DNA from: Acidimicrobiia bacterium
GTDB lineage: Bacteria > Actinomycetota > Acidimicrobiia > Spongiisociales > ZC4RG35
Length of the DNA stretch: 64,000 nt
Assembly (NCBI GenBank): GCA_025928935.1
Contig: JAICNB010000002.1
Span: 7,496-71,495 of the forward strand
Reading direction: 5' to 3'
Shown here: positions 16,809 through 26,102 of the stretch, piece by piece
How the letters are laid out: each line of letters starts with the position of its first letter
How positions within the stretch are numbered: the first letter of the stretch is position 1
The notes under the pieces: generated by a model
Seen by the model: only the letters and a program-made list of their open reading frames with translations
The model's database searches: none
What the model was told of the DNA's origin: nothing
Made by a program: the position numbers and the translations under genes

Positions 16809-17959
16809 AGGTTGGGGTCGGTCTCCGACCTCACCCAGACAGACGCCACTGCCGGCTGCATCGTCTTCGAGACCACCCCGAGCAGATCGGTGACGAGCCG
16901 GCCCTGTCCCACATCTTCCTGGAGGTCCCGGGCAAAGCGATCAGCGATCTTCTGGGCGTCGTATCGGGCCCTGTTGAACTTGCGGTCGACGATGTCATGC
17001 AGACGGATGCGCAGAGGGCTGAAGAGGGCAGCCACCAGCAGGGTGGAGCCGGCCACTGCCAGCTCGTTGCCACCGGGCAGCTGTGAGGTGAGCACGGTGA
17101 CGACGGCGAAATAGGTCACCGCAAGAAGCCCGGCCAGGGCGGTGTAGGTGACGGTTCGGGACACGATCCGATCGATTTCGTAGAGCCGGTAGCGAAGGAT
17201 CGCGATCCCGAAGGTGACGGGGAACAGCATCATCATGAGGTAGACGATCATCCATGCCGAGTCGCCCGGATCGCCGGCTCCGCTCAGTGTCGAAATCAGT
17301 ATGTAGGTGAAGGTCGACAGCACCGCGATGACAAAGAGCACCAGGCCGAATACCACCCAGGTGAGCTGTGCACCCTCCACGCCCGTTGCCTTCCGCCGTC
17401 TGATGACGAGTGAGATGGCGCCGCCGAGGATGAGCAGGACGATGGATATCAACGCCACGTATCCGAGAGGCTCCGGGATGAACCCGAGCGGGTTGGTGAT
17501 GTCGTTCGAGCTCTCGGGGCCGCTCAGTGTCTCGGTGAAGAAGGTGGCGATCACGAGTACGGGAAGAGACCAGAGAGCGAGACGACCCATGCGGGGAAAG
17601 AGGCCGTTCCCCGACGGGGCGTGCCCGGATGGGAAGGTGAGGGTCAGAGCGGCGAACAAGGCGAACACCACCGCCCAGCCTCCACTGGCCAACCAGGCCG
17701 CCCCGAATTGCGACACGCCGGGAAAGAAGGGCAGCTCGCTCGCCGAGATGACGGCCAGTCCGACCAAAGCGAGCAGCCATCCGGTGAGATGGCCGTCACG
17801 GCGAAAGACGATCAAGCCCCCGATGGCGGCATAGATCCCGAACCCGACCAGGTTGAGGGTCATGTCGTCCACCCTGTCGGGCGAAGCCAGGACAGGGGCG
17901 ATCGAGACGACGAGCCCGGCCGCGACGATCAGCCCGAACAGGGCGATACGCGTGATCAC
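16805..17959 (-). CDS. Polytopic membrane protein with a conserved cytoplasmic C-terminal module (sensor-like, no kinase domain)
   Basis: About 10 hydrophobic segments, then RYRLYEIDRIVSRT...DRKFNRARYD...LLGVVSKTMQPAVASVWV. I recall this C-terminal pattern from N-terminal halves of actinobacterial sensor proteins. Confidence 0.7.
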   Translation of the reverse strand: MITRIALFGLIVAAGLVVSIAPVLASPDRVDDMTLNLVGFGIYAAIGGLIVFRRDGHLTGWLLALVGLAVISASELPFFPGVSQFGAAWLASGGWAVVFALFAALTLTFPSGHAPSGNGLFPRMGRLALWSLPVLVIATFFTETLSGPESSNDITNPLGFIPEPLGYVALISIVLLILGGAISLVIRRRKATGVEGAQLTWVVFGLVLFVIAVLSTFTYILISTLSGAGDPGDSAWMIVYLMMMLFPVTFGIAILRYRLYEIDRIVSRTVTYTALAGLLAVTYFAVVTVLTSQLPGGNELAVAGSTLLVAALFSPLRIRLHDIVDRKFNRARYDAQKIADRFARDLQEDVGQGRLVTDLLGVVSKTMQPAVASVWVRSETDPNL

Positions 17960-17968
17960 AGCACATTT

Positions 17969-18670
17969 CTACTCCTCGGGCGTGACGCGATCGTTACGGG
18001 AGAGTCGCCCCACCAGACGGCGCTCGAGGTCGGGCCCGAACCGGATCCCGGCCCAGACGATCAGGCCGAAGCCGGCAGCAGCAACGACCCACACCCATAC
18101 GGGGGCGCCTTCGAGGCCGGCCATGCCGAACACGCCGACGGCGACGGAAGGAATCCGGCCCACGGTGGCGATGAGCATGAAGCGTCGGAATGAGATCGAA
18201 GAGAGACCGGCAAGGGCACACACCGCATCGTCGGGGAGCAGCGGGAGGAGGAAGACCAACCAGAGCAAGAGGCTGCCCCGCGCCGAAATGACTGCCTCAT
18301 AACGACGGGTTCGCTCCTCCCCGGCCCATCTCACCGCAAGCGGTCTCCCCCAGCGCCGCGCCATCAGGAACACCAAAGCCGATCCCAGCGCGAGACCGGC
18401 CAGGCTCAGGCCCAGTGCGGGCCAGGGACCGAAGGCCAAAGCGCCGACGGGGGGGAACAGCGTCCCCGGTACGGGCACCACGACCACCTGGGCTGCCTGT
18501 GCCAGCAGGTAGGCGATCGGTCCCCAGGCGCCAAAGCCCTCGACCCAGGACCTGAACTCCTCGGGCGACCCGAAGGCGAAGGTCAGCCGATCCCACCACT
18601 GACCGATCTCGTCCCAGAACAACACCGAGACGGCGACCATCGCCAAGGCGACGAGCCAGGCGATCGCCAT
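17969..18670 (-). CDS. TVP38/TMEM64 (DedA-related, SNARE-associated) family membrane protein
   Basis: AYLLAQAAQVVVVPVPGTLFPPVGALAFG...LLPLLPDDAVCALAGLS is typical for the family. The start is set at the ATG at 18670, but in-frame ATGs up to 18817 are possible. Confidence 0.8.
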   Translation of the reverse strand: MAIAWLVALAMVAVSVLFWDEIGQWWDRLTFAFGSPEEFRSWVEGFGAWGPIAYLLAQAAQVVVVPVPGTLFPPVGALAFGPWPALGLSLAGLALGSALVFLMARRWGRPLAVRWAGEERTRRYEAVISARGSLLLWLVFLLPLLPDDAVCALAGLSSISFRRFMLIATVGRIPSVAVGVFGMAGLEGAPVWVWVVAAAGFGLIVWAGIRFGPDLERRLVGRLSRNDRVTPEE

Positions 18671-18839
18671 CGTCCCGGTGCGCGAACGACGTGGGGGCTC
18701 GGAGGAAGAGTCGGTGATGGGTGTGACCTGGTCCACCACATGATCGTCGTCGCCGGGGCTCTCGCACGCCATCGGGGAACACCCCCTGACTCCCCCCATG
18801 TGGATCGGGGAGGCCATGGAGGAGCAGCAATGAGCTGGG

Positions 18840-19682
18840 TCAGCCGGCCAGTGCCGACCCGAGCTTCTCCACCGTGGAGGCGTTGTGCTGGGCCGTGAAG
18901 GCCAGGAGCACCACGTCAACGCCGGCGTCGAACAGGGCGTCGGCGCGTGCCGCCACCTCCGACGGGTCGGGATCAGGGTCGAGCCGGAGATGTGAGGAAA
19001 GGGTGACCTCGGATGGGTCCCGCCCCACGTCGGAGCAGTGCTGCCAGAGCACGTCACGCAGCCGGCGCCATTCGTCGAGCTCGTCCTCGACGAACATGGC
19101 ATCCCACATCGAGGCGTGCCGGGCGGCCAGACGGAGCGTTCGCTTCTCACCGCGTCCCCCGACCACGATCGGAGGTCGAGGCTCCTGGACCGGCTTCGGC
19201 TCGTTGCGAGCCTCTCGCAAGGTGAAGAACTCACCTTCGAAGTCGGTCGTCTCCTGGGTGAGGAGGCGGTGGATCACCTCCGTGCCCTCCTCGAATCGCG
19301 TCATCCTCTCACCGATGGTCCCCAACTCGAACCCGTAGGCATCCGCCTCGAGCTCGTACCAGCCGGCACCCAGACCCAGCTCCAGCCGCCCTCCGGAGAC
19401 GATGTCGAGCGATGAGGCCATGGATGCGGTCACCGCGGGATGGCGGAAGTGCATGCCACACACCATGGTGCCCACCCGGATCCTGCTGGTTGCCTGGGCC
19501 AGCGCGGACAGAGTCACCCAGGCTTCGAGGCAGGGACCGGAGGTGTCGCCCCGCAACGGATAGAAATGGTCGAAGTTCCAGGCCGACTCGAAGACGTCGA
19601 TCTCATCGGCGGTTTTCCACACCTCGAGCATGCTCGACCAGGTGGTGTGATGGGTTGGGGTCTTGATGGCAAACCGGGCCAC
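18840..19682 (-). CDS. Luciferase-like monooxygenase (LLM) class F420-dependent oxidoreductase
   Basis: FAIKTPTHHTTWSSMLEVWKTADEIDVFESAWNFDHF...GLGAGW...PIVVGGRGEKRTLRLAA, a typical LLM/F420 pattern. Confidence 0.85.
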   Translation of the reverse strand: MARFAIKTPTHHTTWSSMLEVWKTADEIDVFESAWNFDHFYPLRGDTSGPCLEAWVTLSALAQATSRIRVGTMVCGMHFRHPAVTASMASSLDIVSGGRLELGLGAGWYELEADAYGFELGTIGERMTRFEEGTEVIHRLLTQETTDFEGEFFTLREARNEPKPVQEPRPPIVVGGRGEKRTLRLAARHASMWDAMFVEDELDEWRRLRDVLWQHCSDVGRDPSEVTLSSHLRLDPDPDPSEVAARADALFDAGVDVVLLAFTAQHNASTVEKLGSALAG

Positions 19683-19738
19683 GGCTGCTCCCTTCGCGGA
19701 CTTTTGCCGGGGTCAGATCGTATTGGCTACTGTCGACG

Positions 19739-19804
19739 CCCACAATCGATTGTGGGATTCGGCACCGGCAATCGATTGTGAGGCAATCGAATCGTGACCA
19801 ATCG
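19739..19804. promoter_or_regulatory. Cluster of CAATCG(ATTG) palindromes/repeats: candidate operator array
   Basis: A perfect 18-bp palindrome CCCACAATCGATTGTGGG lies at 19739-19756, and a 10-bp palindrome CAATCGATTG at 19769-19778. Further CAATCG copies start at 19784 and 19799. Confidence 0.4.
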
Positions 19805-19849
19805 CCCCTCCAACGGGCACTGGTGAGCATACGAGGAGGAGTGAGACGA

Positions 19850-19936
19850 ATGAGCATCTTCCTCTGGGCCCTCGCCTTCAACCTCGTCGGCGACGGTCTG
19901 CGGGACGCGTTGGATCCCCGGACCGAATCGAGGTGA
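19850..19936 (+). pseudogene. 28-codon 3' remnant of a DppC/OppC-type ABC permease gene
   Basis: MSIFLWALAFNLVGDGLRDALDPRTESR* is the conserved extreme C-terminus of peptide/nickel ABC permeases. It keeps the GTGA overlap with the ATPase start. No homology extends upstream. Confidence 0.6.
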
Positions 19937-21174
19937 CCGCTACGGCCCTCGCGGATACCGCTTCGGGGAGGTCAGGCGTCGCGGTGGTGGCTTCCGTGCA
20001 GGACCTGAGCATCCACTTCCAGACCAAGACGGGCATGCTCCATGCCGTGGACGAGGTCTCCTTCGACATCCGAGACGGAGAGACGCTCGGCCTCGTTGGC
20101 GAGACCGGTTGTGGGAAGACTGTGACCGCCCGCGCCTTCATGCGCCTAGTGGCGACTCCGCCCGGCGTCTACGCCGGCGGCCGGATCGACTTCTGGTCGA
20201 GCGATACGAGAGCCGCCGGCGGGGGCCCGGTCAATCTGTTGACCCTTCCCGACGACGAGATGCTCGGGATAAGGGGGAATCGGATCGCGATGATCTTCCA
20301 GGACCCGGGGAAGGCACTCAACCCAGCCCTTTCGATCGGGGATCAGCTGGCCGAGGTGTTCTACCAGCACCGCAGCGAGGAGATGTTGGAGCCACTGGGG
20401 GAAGGTGCCCCCGCCATCGTCCGCCGCGCCGCCCGACAAGAGGCGACCCGTGTCGAGAAGCTCCTACTCAGGGTGCCGCCTCTCCGGTCACAGGCGAACA
20501 AGGTGAAGGCGGCAGTGGACGATCGGGTGGCCGCCGCTCTGGCCGACACCCAGATCCCCAACCCCGGCAAGATCATGGATCGTTATCCCCACGAGCTCTC
20601 CGCCGGTATGAAACAGCGAGTCCTCATCGCCCAAGCCCTCGCCTGTCATCCCGACCTGCTCATCGCCGATGAGCCGACGACGGCGCTCGACGTCACCGTC
20701 CAGGCCAGGATCCTGGAGCTGATCGCCGAGCTGCTCGAGCAGCGCGACACCTCGGTCCTCTACATCAGCCACGACCTGGCCCTCGTCCGGGAGATCTGCG
20801 ACCGGGTCGCCGTGATGTACGCGGGGCGAATCGTCGAGATCGGTCTCACCGAGGAGGTGTTCAGCGATCCGTTGCATCCCTACACCCGTGGCCTGATGGG
20901 CGCGGTCCCCTCCTCGGGTCACCGACGTGGTGAGCTGGAAGCCATCGAGGGCTCGGTGCCGGAGCTGATCGACCCGGAGCCCTCATGCCGGTTCAGCACA
21001 CGGTGCCGCTTCGCCGCCGACGTGTGCCGGGGGATGGATCCCCGCTTTCTTCGCCACACCTTCGAACACGGTGTTGCCTGTCATGCCCACGACGATCCGG
21101 CCGCGCTGGGGGCACGGCCAGCTCAGATGCCCAGCTTCGCCTCGGACGAACGCACGGTGGACGATGCACCCTGA
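19933..21174 (+). CDS. Peptide/nickel-type ABC transporter ATP-binding protein (DppD/OppD-like), orphan
   Basis: Walker A GETGCGKT, signature LSAGMKQRV, Walker B LLIADEPTTALD, H-loop ISHD, and the C-terminal oligopeptide-ATPase extension (PLHPYTRGL...CRFSTRC). Confidence 0.85.
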   Translation: MTATALADTASGRSGVAVVASVQDLSIHFQTKTGMLHAVDEVSFDIRDGETLGLVGETGCGKTVTARAFMRLVATPPGVYAGGRIDFWSSDTRAAGGGPVNLLTLPDDEMLGIRGNRIAMIFQDPGKALNPALSIGDQLAEVFYQHRSEEMLEPLGEGAPAIVRRAARQEATRVEKLLLRVPPLRSQANKVKAAVDDRVAAALADTQIPNPGKIMDRYPHELSAGMKQRVLIAQALACHPDLLIADEPTTALDVTVQARILELIAELLEQRDTSVLYISHDLALVREICDRVAVMYAGRIVEIGLTEEVFSDPLHPYTRGLMGAVPSSGHRRGELEAIEGSVPELIDPEPSCRFSTRCRFAADVCRGMDPRFLRHTFEHGVACHAHDDPAALGARPAQMPSFASDERTVDDAP

Positions 21175-22336
21175 GGACACCAGTGGTTTCAGTCTGATCG
21201 GCCATTCCGACCTGAACGGCTATGGCGACGGGATGCAGGTCATGCCCAACGGGGAGGCGCTGTACGTGGGTCACTTCGGCCCGAGCGGCATGGGCACATC
21301 CGTCCTCGACATCTCCGACCCCTCCCACCCCACCGTCGTCCGTCAGTGGCCGGCGCCGCCCGGGTCGCACACCCACAAAGTGCAGGTCGCCGACGGGATC
21401 CTGATCGTGAATCACGAGCTGTTCCGCTCAGAGGGGCCGGCACCGGTCGGGATGGCCCTCTACGACCTGGCCGACCCCCTCGAGCCCCGTCAGATCGGCT
21501 TCTTCGACACTGGCGGCCGCGGAATCCATCGGATCGTCTACGAGGGGGGCAAGTTCGCCTACGTCTCGGTGACCCCGGATGGCTACACCGGCCGGATCTG
21601 GATGATTGTCGACGTCTCCGATCCGGAGGGCCCGGCCGAGGTCGGGCGCTGGTGGTGGCCAGGGATGTGGGAGGCCGGCGGCGAGGTCCCCGACTGGCCC
21701 GAGGCCGAGGACCGCATCGCGCATCACGCCATGGTCTGGGGGGATCGCGCCTATTTGGGCATGTGGGACAGCGGCATGGTCATCCTCGACATCTCGGATC
21801 CGGCTGCCCCGACCTCGATTTCCCACCTCGGCTGGAAAGAGGGCGGCCACACCCACACCTGTCTCCCTATGCCCGACCGGGACCTGGTCATCGTCACCGA
21901 CGAGGCGATCACGGAAGGCTGCGGAGGGCCCGCCCACATGGTCCGCATCGTCGACGTCACGGAGGAGACGGCGCCATACGTCCGCGCCATCTGCCCTGTG
22001 CCGCAGGGCGACTTCTGTGACCGGGGGCTGCGCTTCGGAGCCCACTGTCTCCACGAGAACCGGCCCGGGAGCTACCGCAGCCAGGATCTCGTCTTCGTCA
22101 CCTACTTCAACGCCGGGCTGAGGGTGCATGACCTCTCCGACCCGGACCGGCCGGTGGAGATCGGCCATTGGATCCCGGAGTGCCCCCCTGGTCAGAAGGC
22201 GGCCCAGATCAACGACGTCTTCGTGGCGGAAGACCACACCGTGTACGTCACCGACCGGGTTAACGGAGGCGTCTACATCCTGGAGCCCGACAAAGAGCTG
22301 TCGAAGCGGATGACCGATTCGGCTTGGAGCCCATGA
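21164..22336 (+). CDS. LVIVD-repeat beta-propeller protein
   Basis: Repeated ...VLDISDPSHP..., ...YDLADPLEP..., ...VDVSDPEGP..., ...ILDISDPAAP..., ...VHDLSDPDRP... blocks. The ATG at 21164 overlaps the ATPase end by 11 nt. Confidence 0.75.
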   Translation: MHPEDTSGFSLIGHSDLNGYGDGMQVMPNGEALYVGHFGPSGMGTSVLDISDPSHPTVVRQWPAPPGSHTHKVQVADGILIVNHELFRSEGPAPVGMALYDLADPLEPRQIGFFDTGGRGIHRIVYEGGKFAYVSVTPDGYTGRIWMIVDVSDPEGPAEVGRWWWPGMWEAGGEVPDWPEAEDRIAHHAMVWGDRAYLGMWDSGMVILDISDPAAPTSISHLGWKEGGHTHTCLPMPDRDLVIVTDEAITEGCGGPAHMVRIVDVTEETAPYVRAICPVPQGDFCDRGLRFGAHCLHENRPGSYRSQDLVFVTYFNAGLRVHDLSDPDRPVEIGHWIPECPPGQKAAQINDVFVAEDHTVYVTDRVNGGVYILEPDKELSKRMTDSAWSP

Positions 22337-22346
22337 GAGGAGACCA

Positions 22347-23351
22347 TTGATCACCTACGACGTCCACGCCCACTGCATCCCCGAGGCCCTGGTCGACATG
22401 CTCAGGGTCGATGGCCCCGAGTACGGGATCGAGGTCGTGTCGGAGGAGACGGGCGAGTCGGCGGTCATCGCCGGCCGGGTCAGGCTCGCCCCTTTCCGTT
22501 CGATCCTCGGCGACATGGAGGCCCGACTGACCGCGATGGACGCCGCCAGGGTCGACGTCCAGGTCATATCCAGCTGGGTCGACCTCACCGCCTATGCCCT
22601 CGAACCCGAGCGGGGTGCCCCCTACTCGCGGCGGGTCAACCAGATCCTGGCGGATCATGCCGCCGAGCATCCCGATCGCTTGCTCGCTCTCGGCACCGTC
22701 CCCCTGCAGAGCCCGGAGCACGCGGCCGAGGAGCTGCGGTTCGCGGTGGAGGAACTGGGGATGGTCGGTGTGGAGATCGCCACCACCATCGACGACTCCG
22801 ACCTGGACCGGGCCGGGCTCGATCCCTTCTGGGAGGCGGCGGAGAGCTTGGGCTGCATGGTCCTCCTTCATCCTTGCAACCCGTTGCCGGGGGTGGATCT
22901 GGCCCGCTACTTCCTCGACAACATGGTGGGACGACCCGCCGAGAGCACCATCGCCGTGGCCGGTCTCCTCTTCGGAGGGGTGCTGGAGCGATTCCCCGAC
23001 TTGAACATCTGCGTCGTGCATGGGGGCGGCTTCGTCCCCTTCCAGATCGGCCGCATGCAGCGAGGTTTCGTGGCCGCCGCGCAACGGACGGCGGAACACA
23101 TCTCCACCCCACCGTCGGAGCTGGCCCTGCGTCTCTTCTACGACACGGTCCTGCACGATCAGAAGGCGCTGAGGTTCCTGGTGGACCAGGTTGGGGCCGA
23201 CCGCGTGATGATGGGCACCGACTACCCCTTCGAGATGGGAGACCCCGAGCCGGTCCGAACCGTCGAATCCATCCCCGATCTCGCCGAGGATCAACGCGCC
23301 ATGATCCTCGGCGGCAACTTCGCCCGGATCCTGGAGCGCATACGGGGCTGA
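22347..23351 (+). CDS. Amidohydrolase-2 family protein (ACMSD-like metal-dependent decarboxylase/hydrolase)
   Basis: N-terminal DVHAH metal motif, plus MVLLHP, VVHGGG and MMGTDYPF, as in PF04909-type enzymes. Confidence 0.8.
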   Translation: MITYDVHAHCIPEALVDMLRVDGPEYGIEVVSEETGESAVIAGRVRLAPFRSILGDMEARLTAMDAARVDVQVISSWVDLTAYALEPERGAPYSRRVNQILADHAAEHPDRLLALGTVPLQSPEHAAEELRFAVEELGMVGVEIATTIDDSDLDRAGLDPFWEAAESLGCMVLLHPCNPLPGVDLARYFLDNMVGRPAESTIAVAGLLFGGVLERFPDLNICVVHGGGFVPFQIGRMQRGFVAAAQRTAEHISTPPSELALRLFYDTVLHDQKALRFLVDQVGADRVMMGTDYPFEMGDPEPVRTVESIPDLAEDQRAMILGGNFARILERIRG

Positions 23352-23358
23352 GCCAGCC

Positions 23359-24504
23359 CTATCTGGCCAACTTCTCCGCCAGCCACTCGAAGGTGGCCGG
23401 GGCCCAGTGTGACTGGTACTTGAAGGCGCAGTGGCCGGCGTCGGCGTACACCCGTGCCTCCTTGCCCGTGGCGGGACCGGTCTCGAGCATGAAGTAGATG
23501 TTGCCGATCGGGGCGAGATGGTCAAGCTTCCCGTTGATCATCAACACCGGCATGGTGATGTTGTCCAGGATCCCCTGCTCGGAGAGGGCCCAGTGCTTGA
23601 AATCCTCCTTCTCCTTCTCCACCGTGGTCGGCGGGAAGGAGGGCGGGTCGTCGACGCCGCCGAACCGCCATGTGGCCCGCTCGTTGCGCACCCGTACGAA
23701 CTCCTCGAGCTCTTCGTCTCCCATGACGTACCCGAAGGGGTGGCCGGCGTTGGCCACCACGGCCTTGACCTTCTCCGGTGCAGTCCCGGCCAACTGCATC
23801 ACCGAGTAGCCACCGCGGCTGATCCCGAAGGCGCCGATGCGCTCACCATCGACCTCGGGGCGCGATGCCAGGTAATCGATCGCCGCCTCCCAGGCGGACA
23901 CCGACTCGGGAGCCCACGGGAACGGGTTCTCCCCGGTGTCGGGACCGTCCATCACCAGAGAGGCCAGGCCGTTCTCCATGCACAGGTCCTGGGCAAAGCC
24001 CCGATCCTCCTTGAAGACATCCGCGCCACACATGATCAGCACGGCCGGCACGGGGGTCTCCGACACCGGTGAGCGGAAGTGAGCGCGAACCGTCAGACCC
24101 TCGTGCTCGAAGTCGACCACCTCCATGGGAGGGTCGAGATGGGCGCAGGCCTTCAGGTAGGCCCGGGCGCAGTCCTGGCTGATCCGGGTCTTGATCTCGC
24201 TGATCTCACCGGGGAAACGCCCGATGGCGTAGTAGCTCTTGGCGTTCAGAAAGGCCTTCCTGGCCCCCTCGTGGTCCCCCGCCGCCTCGAGCCGGTCGCC
24301 GTCATCCTCGTGACGACGTCCCATCTCCTCCCACAGCGGGACCCATTTGTCCTCCGTTGTCCCCTCCAGCCTCGACACCGCCTCTTTCAACTCCTCGATG
24401 TCGTCGATCATCGAAAGCCAGCGGCGGTAGAAGCCTCCGTGGGCGACGATGAATGGGTCCTCGTTGGGGGCGAAGCCCAGATCGGGTTGGGTGGCGGTGG
24501 TCAT
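23359..24504 (-). CDS. Alpha/beta hydrolase with N-terminal helical domain (2,6-dihydroxypseudooxynicotine hydrolase / FrsA-like)
   Basis: ATG at 24504 overlaps the upstream stop as ATGA. The nucleophile elbow is GISRGG. The N-terminal helical region WVPLWEEMGRRHEDDGDRLEAAG...YYAIGRFP resembles DHPON-hydrolase-type C-C hydrolases. Confidence 0.75.
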   Translation of the reverse strand: MTTATQPDLGFAPNEDPFIVAHGGFYRRWLSMIDDIEELKEAVSRLEGTTEDKWVPLWEEMGRRHEDDGDRLEAAGDHEGARKAFLNAKSYYAIGRFPGEISEIKTRISQDCARAYLKACAHLDPPMEVVDFEHEGLTVRAHFRSPVSETPVPAVLIMCGADVFKEDRGFAQDLCMENGLASLVMDGPDTGENPFPWAPESVSAWEAAIDYLASRPEVDGERIGAFGISRGGYSVMQLAGTAPEKVKAVVANAGHPFGYVMGDEELEEFVRVRNERATWRFGGVDDPPSFPPTTVEKEKEDFKHWALSEQGILDNITMPVLMINGKLDHLAPIGNIYFMLETGPATGKEARVYADAGHCAFKYQSHWAPATFEWLAEKLAR

Positions 24505-26102
24505 GTCTTTCCTCCTACTTTGGCAACCATGCTGTCGAGGCTCATCCCGAGATCGTCGAGGATGACGATGGCGGCGTTGCGCCCCGGGCCCCCGGTGATG
24601 GACCCACCTGGGTGGGTGGTGGCGCCCGTCTGATACAGGCCCTCGATCGGCATCCGGTGCGACGCCCAACCCGGCACCGGGCGCTGTGGCCCCCCGTAGG
24701 CCAGGCCGCGGTCCCCACCGTGGATCGTGCCCCGCCACATGTGCGGGTTCCCGGCTTCGATGTCGACCGGGCTCTTCGCCTTGCGGGCGAGCACATGGTC
24801 TTGAGACAGATTCGGGGCGCAATCGAGCAGAGCCTGGAAGTGCTCGGCGGCAAGCGTTTCCTTGCCCGTGGCCCAGTCGCCACCGAGATCGTCGGGACAC
24901 TCGTAGGGAGCCAGGCTGAGGATCTTCATGGTGTGACCGCCTTCGGGCGCCCGGGTCTCGTCGACCAGCGTCGGGGTGGCGAACAGCAGGAAGGTCCCGG
25001 GGCGGTGGAGCCGGCGCTCACGCAGGCCCCGGCCGAATTCGAGCACGTCCTCGGGCCAGGGAGCGGGGCCCGCCGAGACCGCCGCCACCGGCTCGCCAAT
25101 GGACGAGGTGAACCGGGGCGCCTCGGTCATGGCGTAATAGGACGCGAAAGAAGAGAGGCCTTCGTCGTAGGTGTCGACCCCGTATAGGAAGTCATCGCCC
25201 CAGAGCTCGGATGGGGCCATGTCGACCAGCGTCTTGACGTGGATCGAGGACACCACGCCGACCCGAGCCCGGTATTGCTCACCATCCTCGGTCTCCACAC
25301 CAACACAACGCCCGCCCTCGGTGATGAGCGCCGTGACCAGGGTGTCGGTTACAACGGACCCACCGAATGCCTCGAGGGCTGCGGCGAGAGCGCGGGGCAG
25401 GCTGGCCGATCCGCCGACGGGCACCGACCAGCTTCGAGACTGTCTGCCCCCCACCAGCGAGTAGGCGAGATAGCCAGAGCCGGGTGAATCGAGGGGTTGT
25501 GCGGTCTGAAACGCCATCCAGGTCATGAATGCCTGGACGTGGCGGCTCTCGAATTCCCTCCGGATCACATCCCAAGCTGACATCACGTTGCGCCGCCGCC
25601 ATACCGTCCCCGCCGGATGCGCGGAGAGGGCGTCGTCAATCGAAGGGCCATAACCGATCGGCGTGAACCGATAGGAGCTGTAGACCCCCTTCACCTGGTC
25701 GAACTCCTGGAGCATGTTGCGGTAGGCGACGGCATCGGAAGCCGAGAACCTGCTGATCTCCTCAACGGTCCGCTCCACGTCGAGCCACATGGTGAAGCTC
25801 TCGCCGTCGGGGAAGACGACGTGGCCCACCGGGTCGGGCTCGACATAGCTCAACCCGAACTCCGCCACCAGACCCAGCTCGTCTTTGGAGATCACCGGGT
25901 TCACCTGGATCAGGGTGTGTCCCGTAGAGCACGTGTCGAAGAGAAAGCCCGGGGTGAGGATCTCTTCGGTGGCCGCGCCGCCCCCCACCTCCGGCCGGGC
26001 GTCGAGGACCACCACCTCGTAACCGGCGCGGGCCAGGTAGCCGGCGGTGATCAGGCTGTTGTGCCCGCCACCGGCGACCACGAAATCGGCTGTGACCGTC
26101 AT
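24501..26102 (-). CDS. FAD-dependent oxidoreductase, phytoene desaturase/amine oxidase-like
   Basis: DFVVAGGGHNSLITAGYLARAGYEVVVLDARPEVGGGA dinucleotide-binding motif; 533 aa. Confidence 0.85.
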   Translation of the reverse strand: MTVTADFVVAGGGHNSLITAGYLARAGYEVVVLDARPEVGGGAATEEILTPGFLFDTCSTGHTLIQVNPVISKDELGLVAEFGLSYVEPDPVGHVVFPDGESFTMWLDVERTVEEISRFSASDAVAYRNMLQEFDQVKGVYSSYRFTPIGYGPSIDDALSAHPAGTVWRRRNVMSAWDVIRREFESRHVQAFMTWMAFQTAQPLDSPGSGYLAYSLVGGRQSRSWSVPVGGSASLPRALAAALEAFGGSVVTDTLVTALITEGGRCVGVETEDGEQYRARVGVVSSIHVKTLVDMAPSELWGDDFLYGVDTYDEGLSSFASYYAMTEAPRFTSSIGEPVAAVSAGPAPWPEDVLEFGRGLRERRLHRPGTFLLFATPTLVDETRAPEGGHTMKILSLAPYECPDDLGGDWATGKETLAAEHFQALLDCAPNLSQDHVLARKAKSPVDIEAGNPHMWRGTIHGGDRGLAYGGPQRPVPGWASHRMPIEGLYQTGATTHPGGSITGGPGRNAAIVILDDLGMSLDSMVAKVGGKT

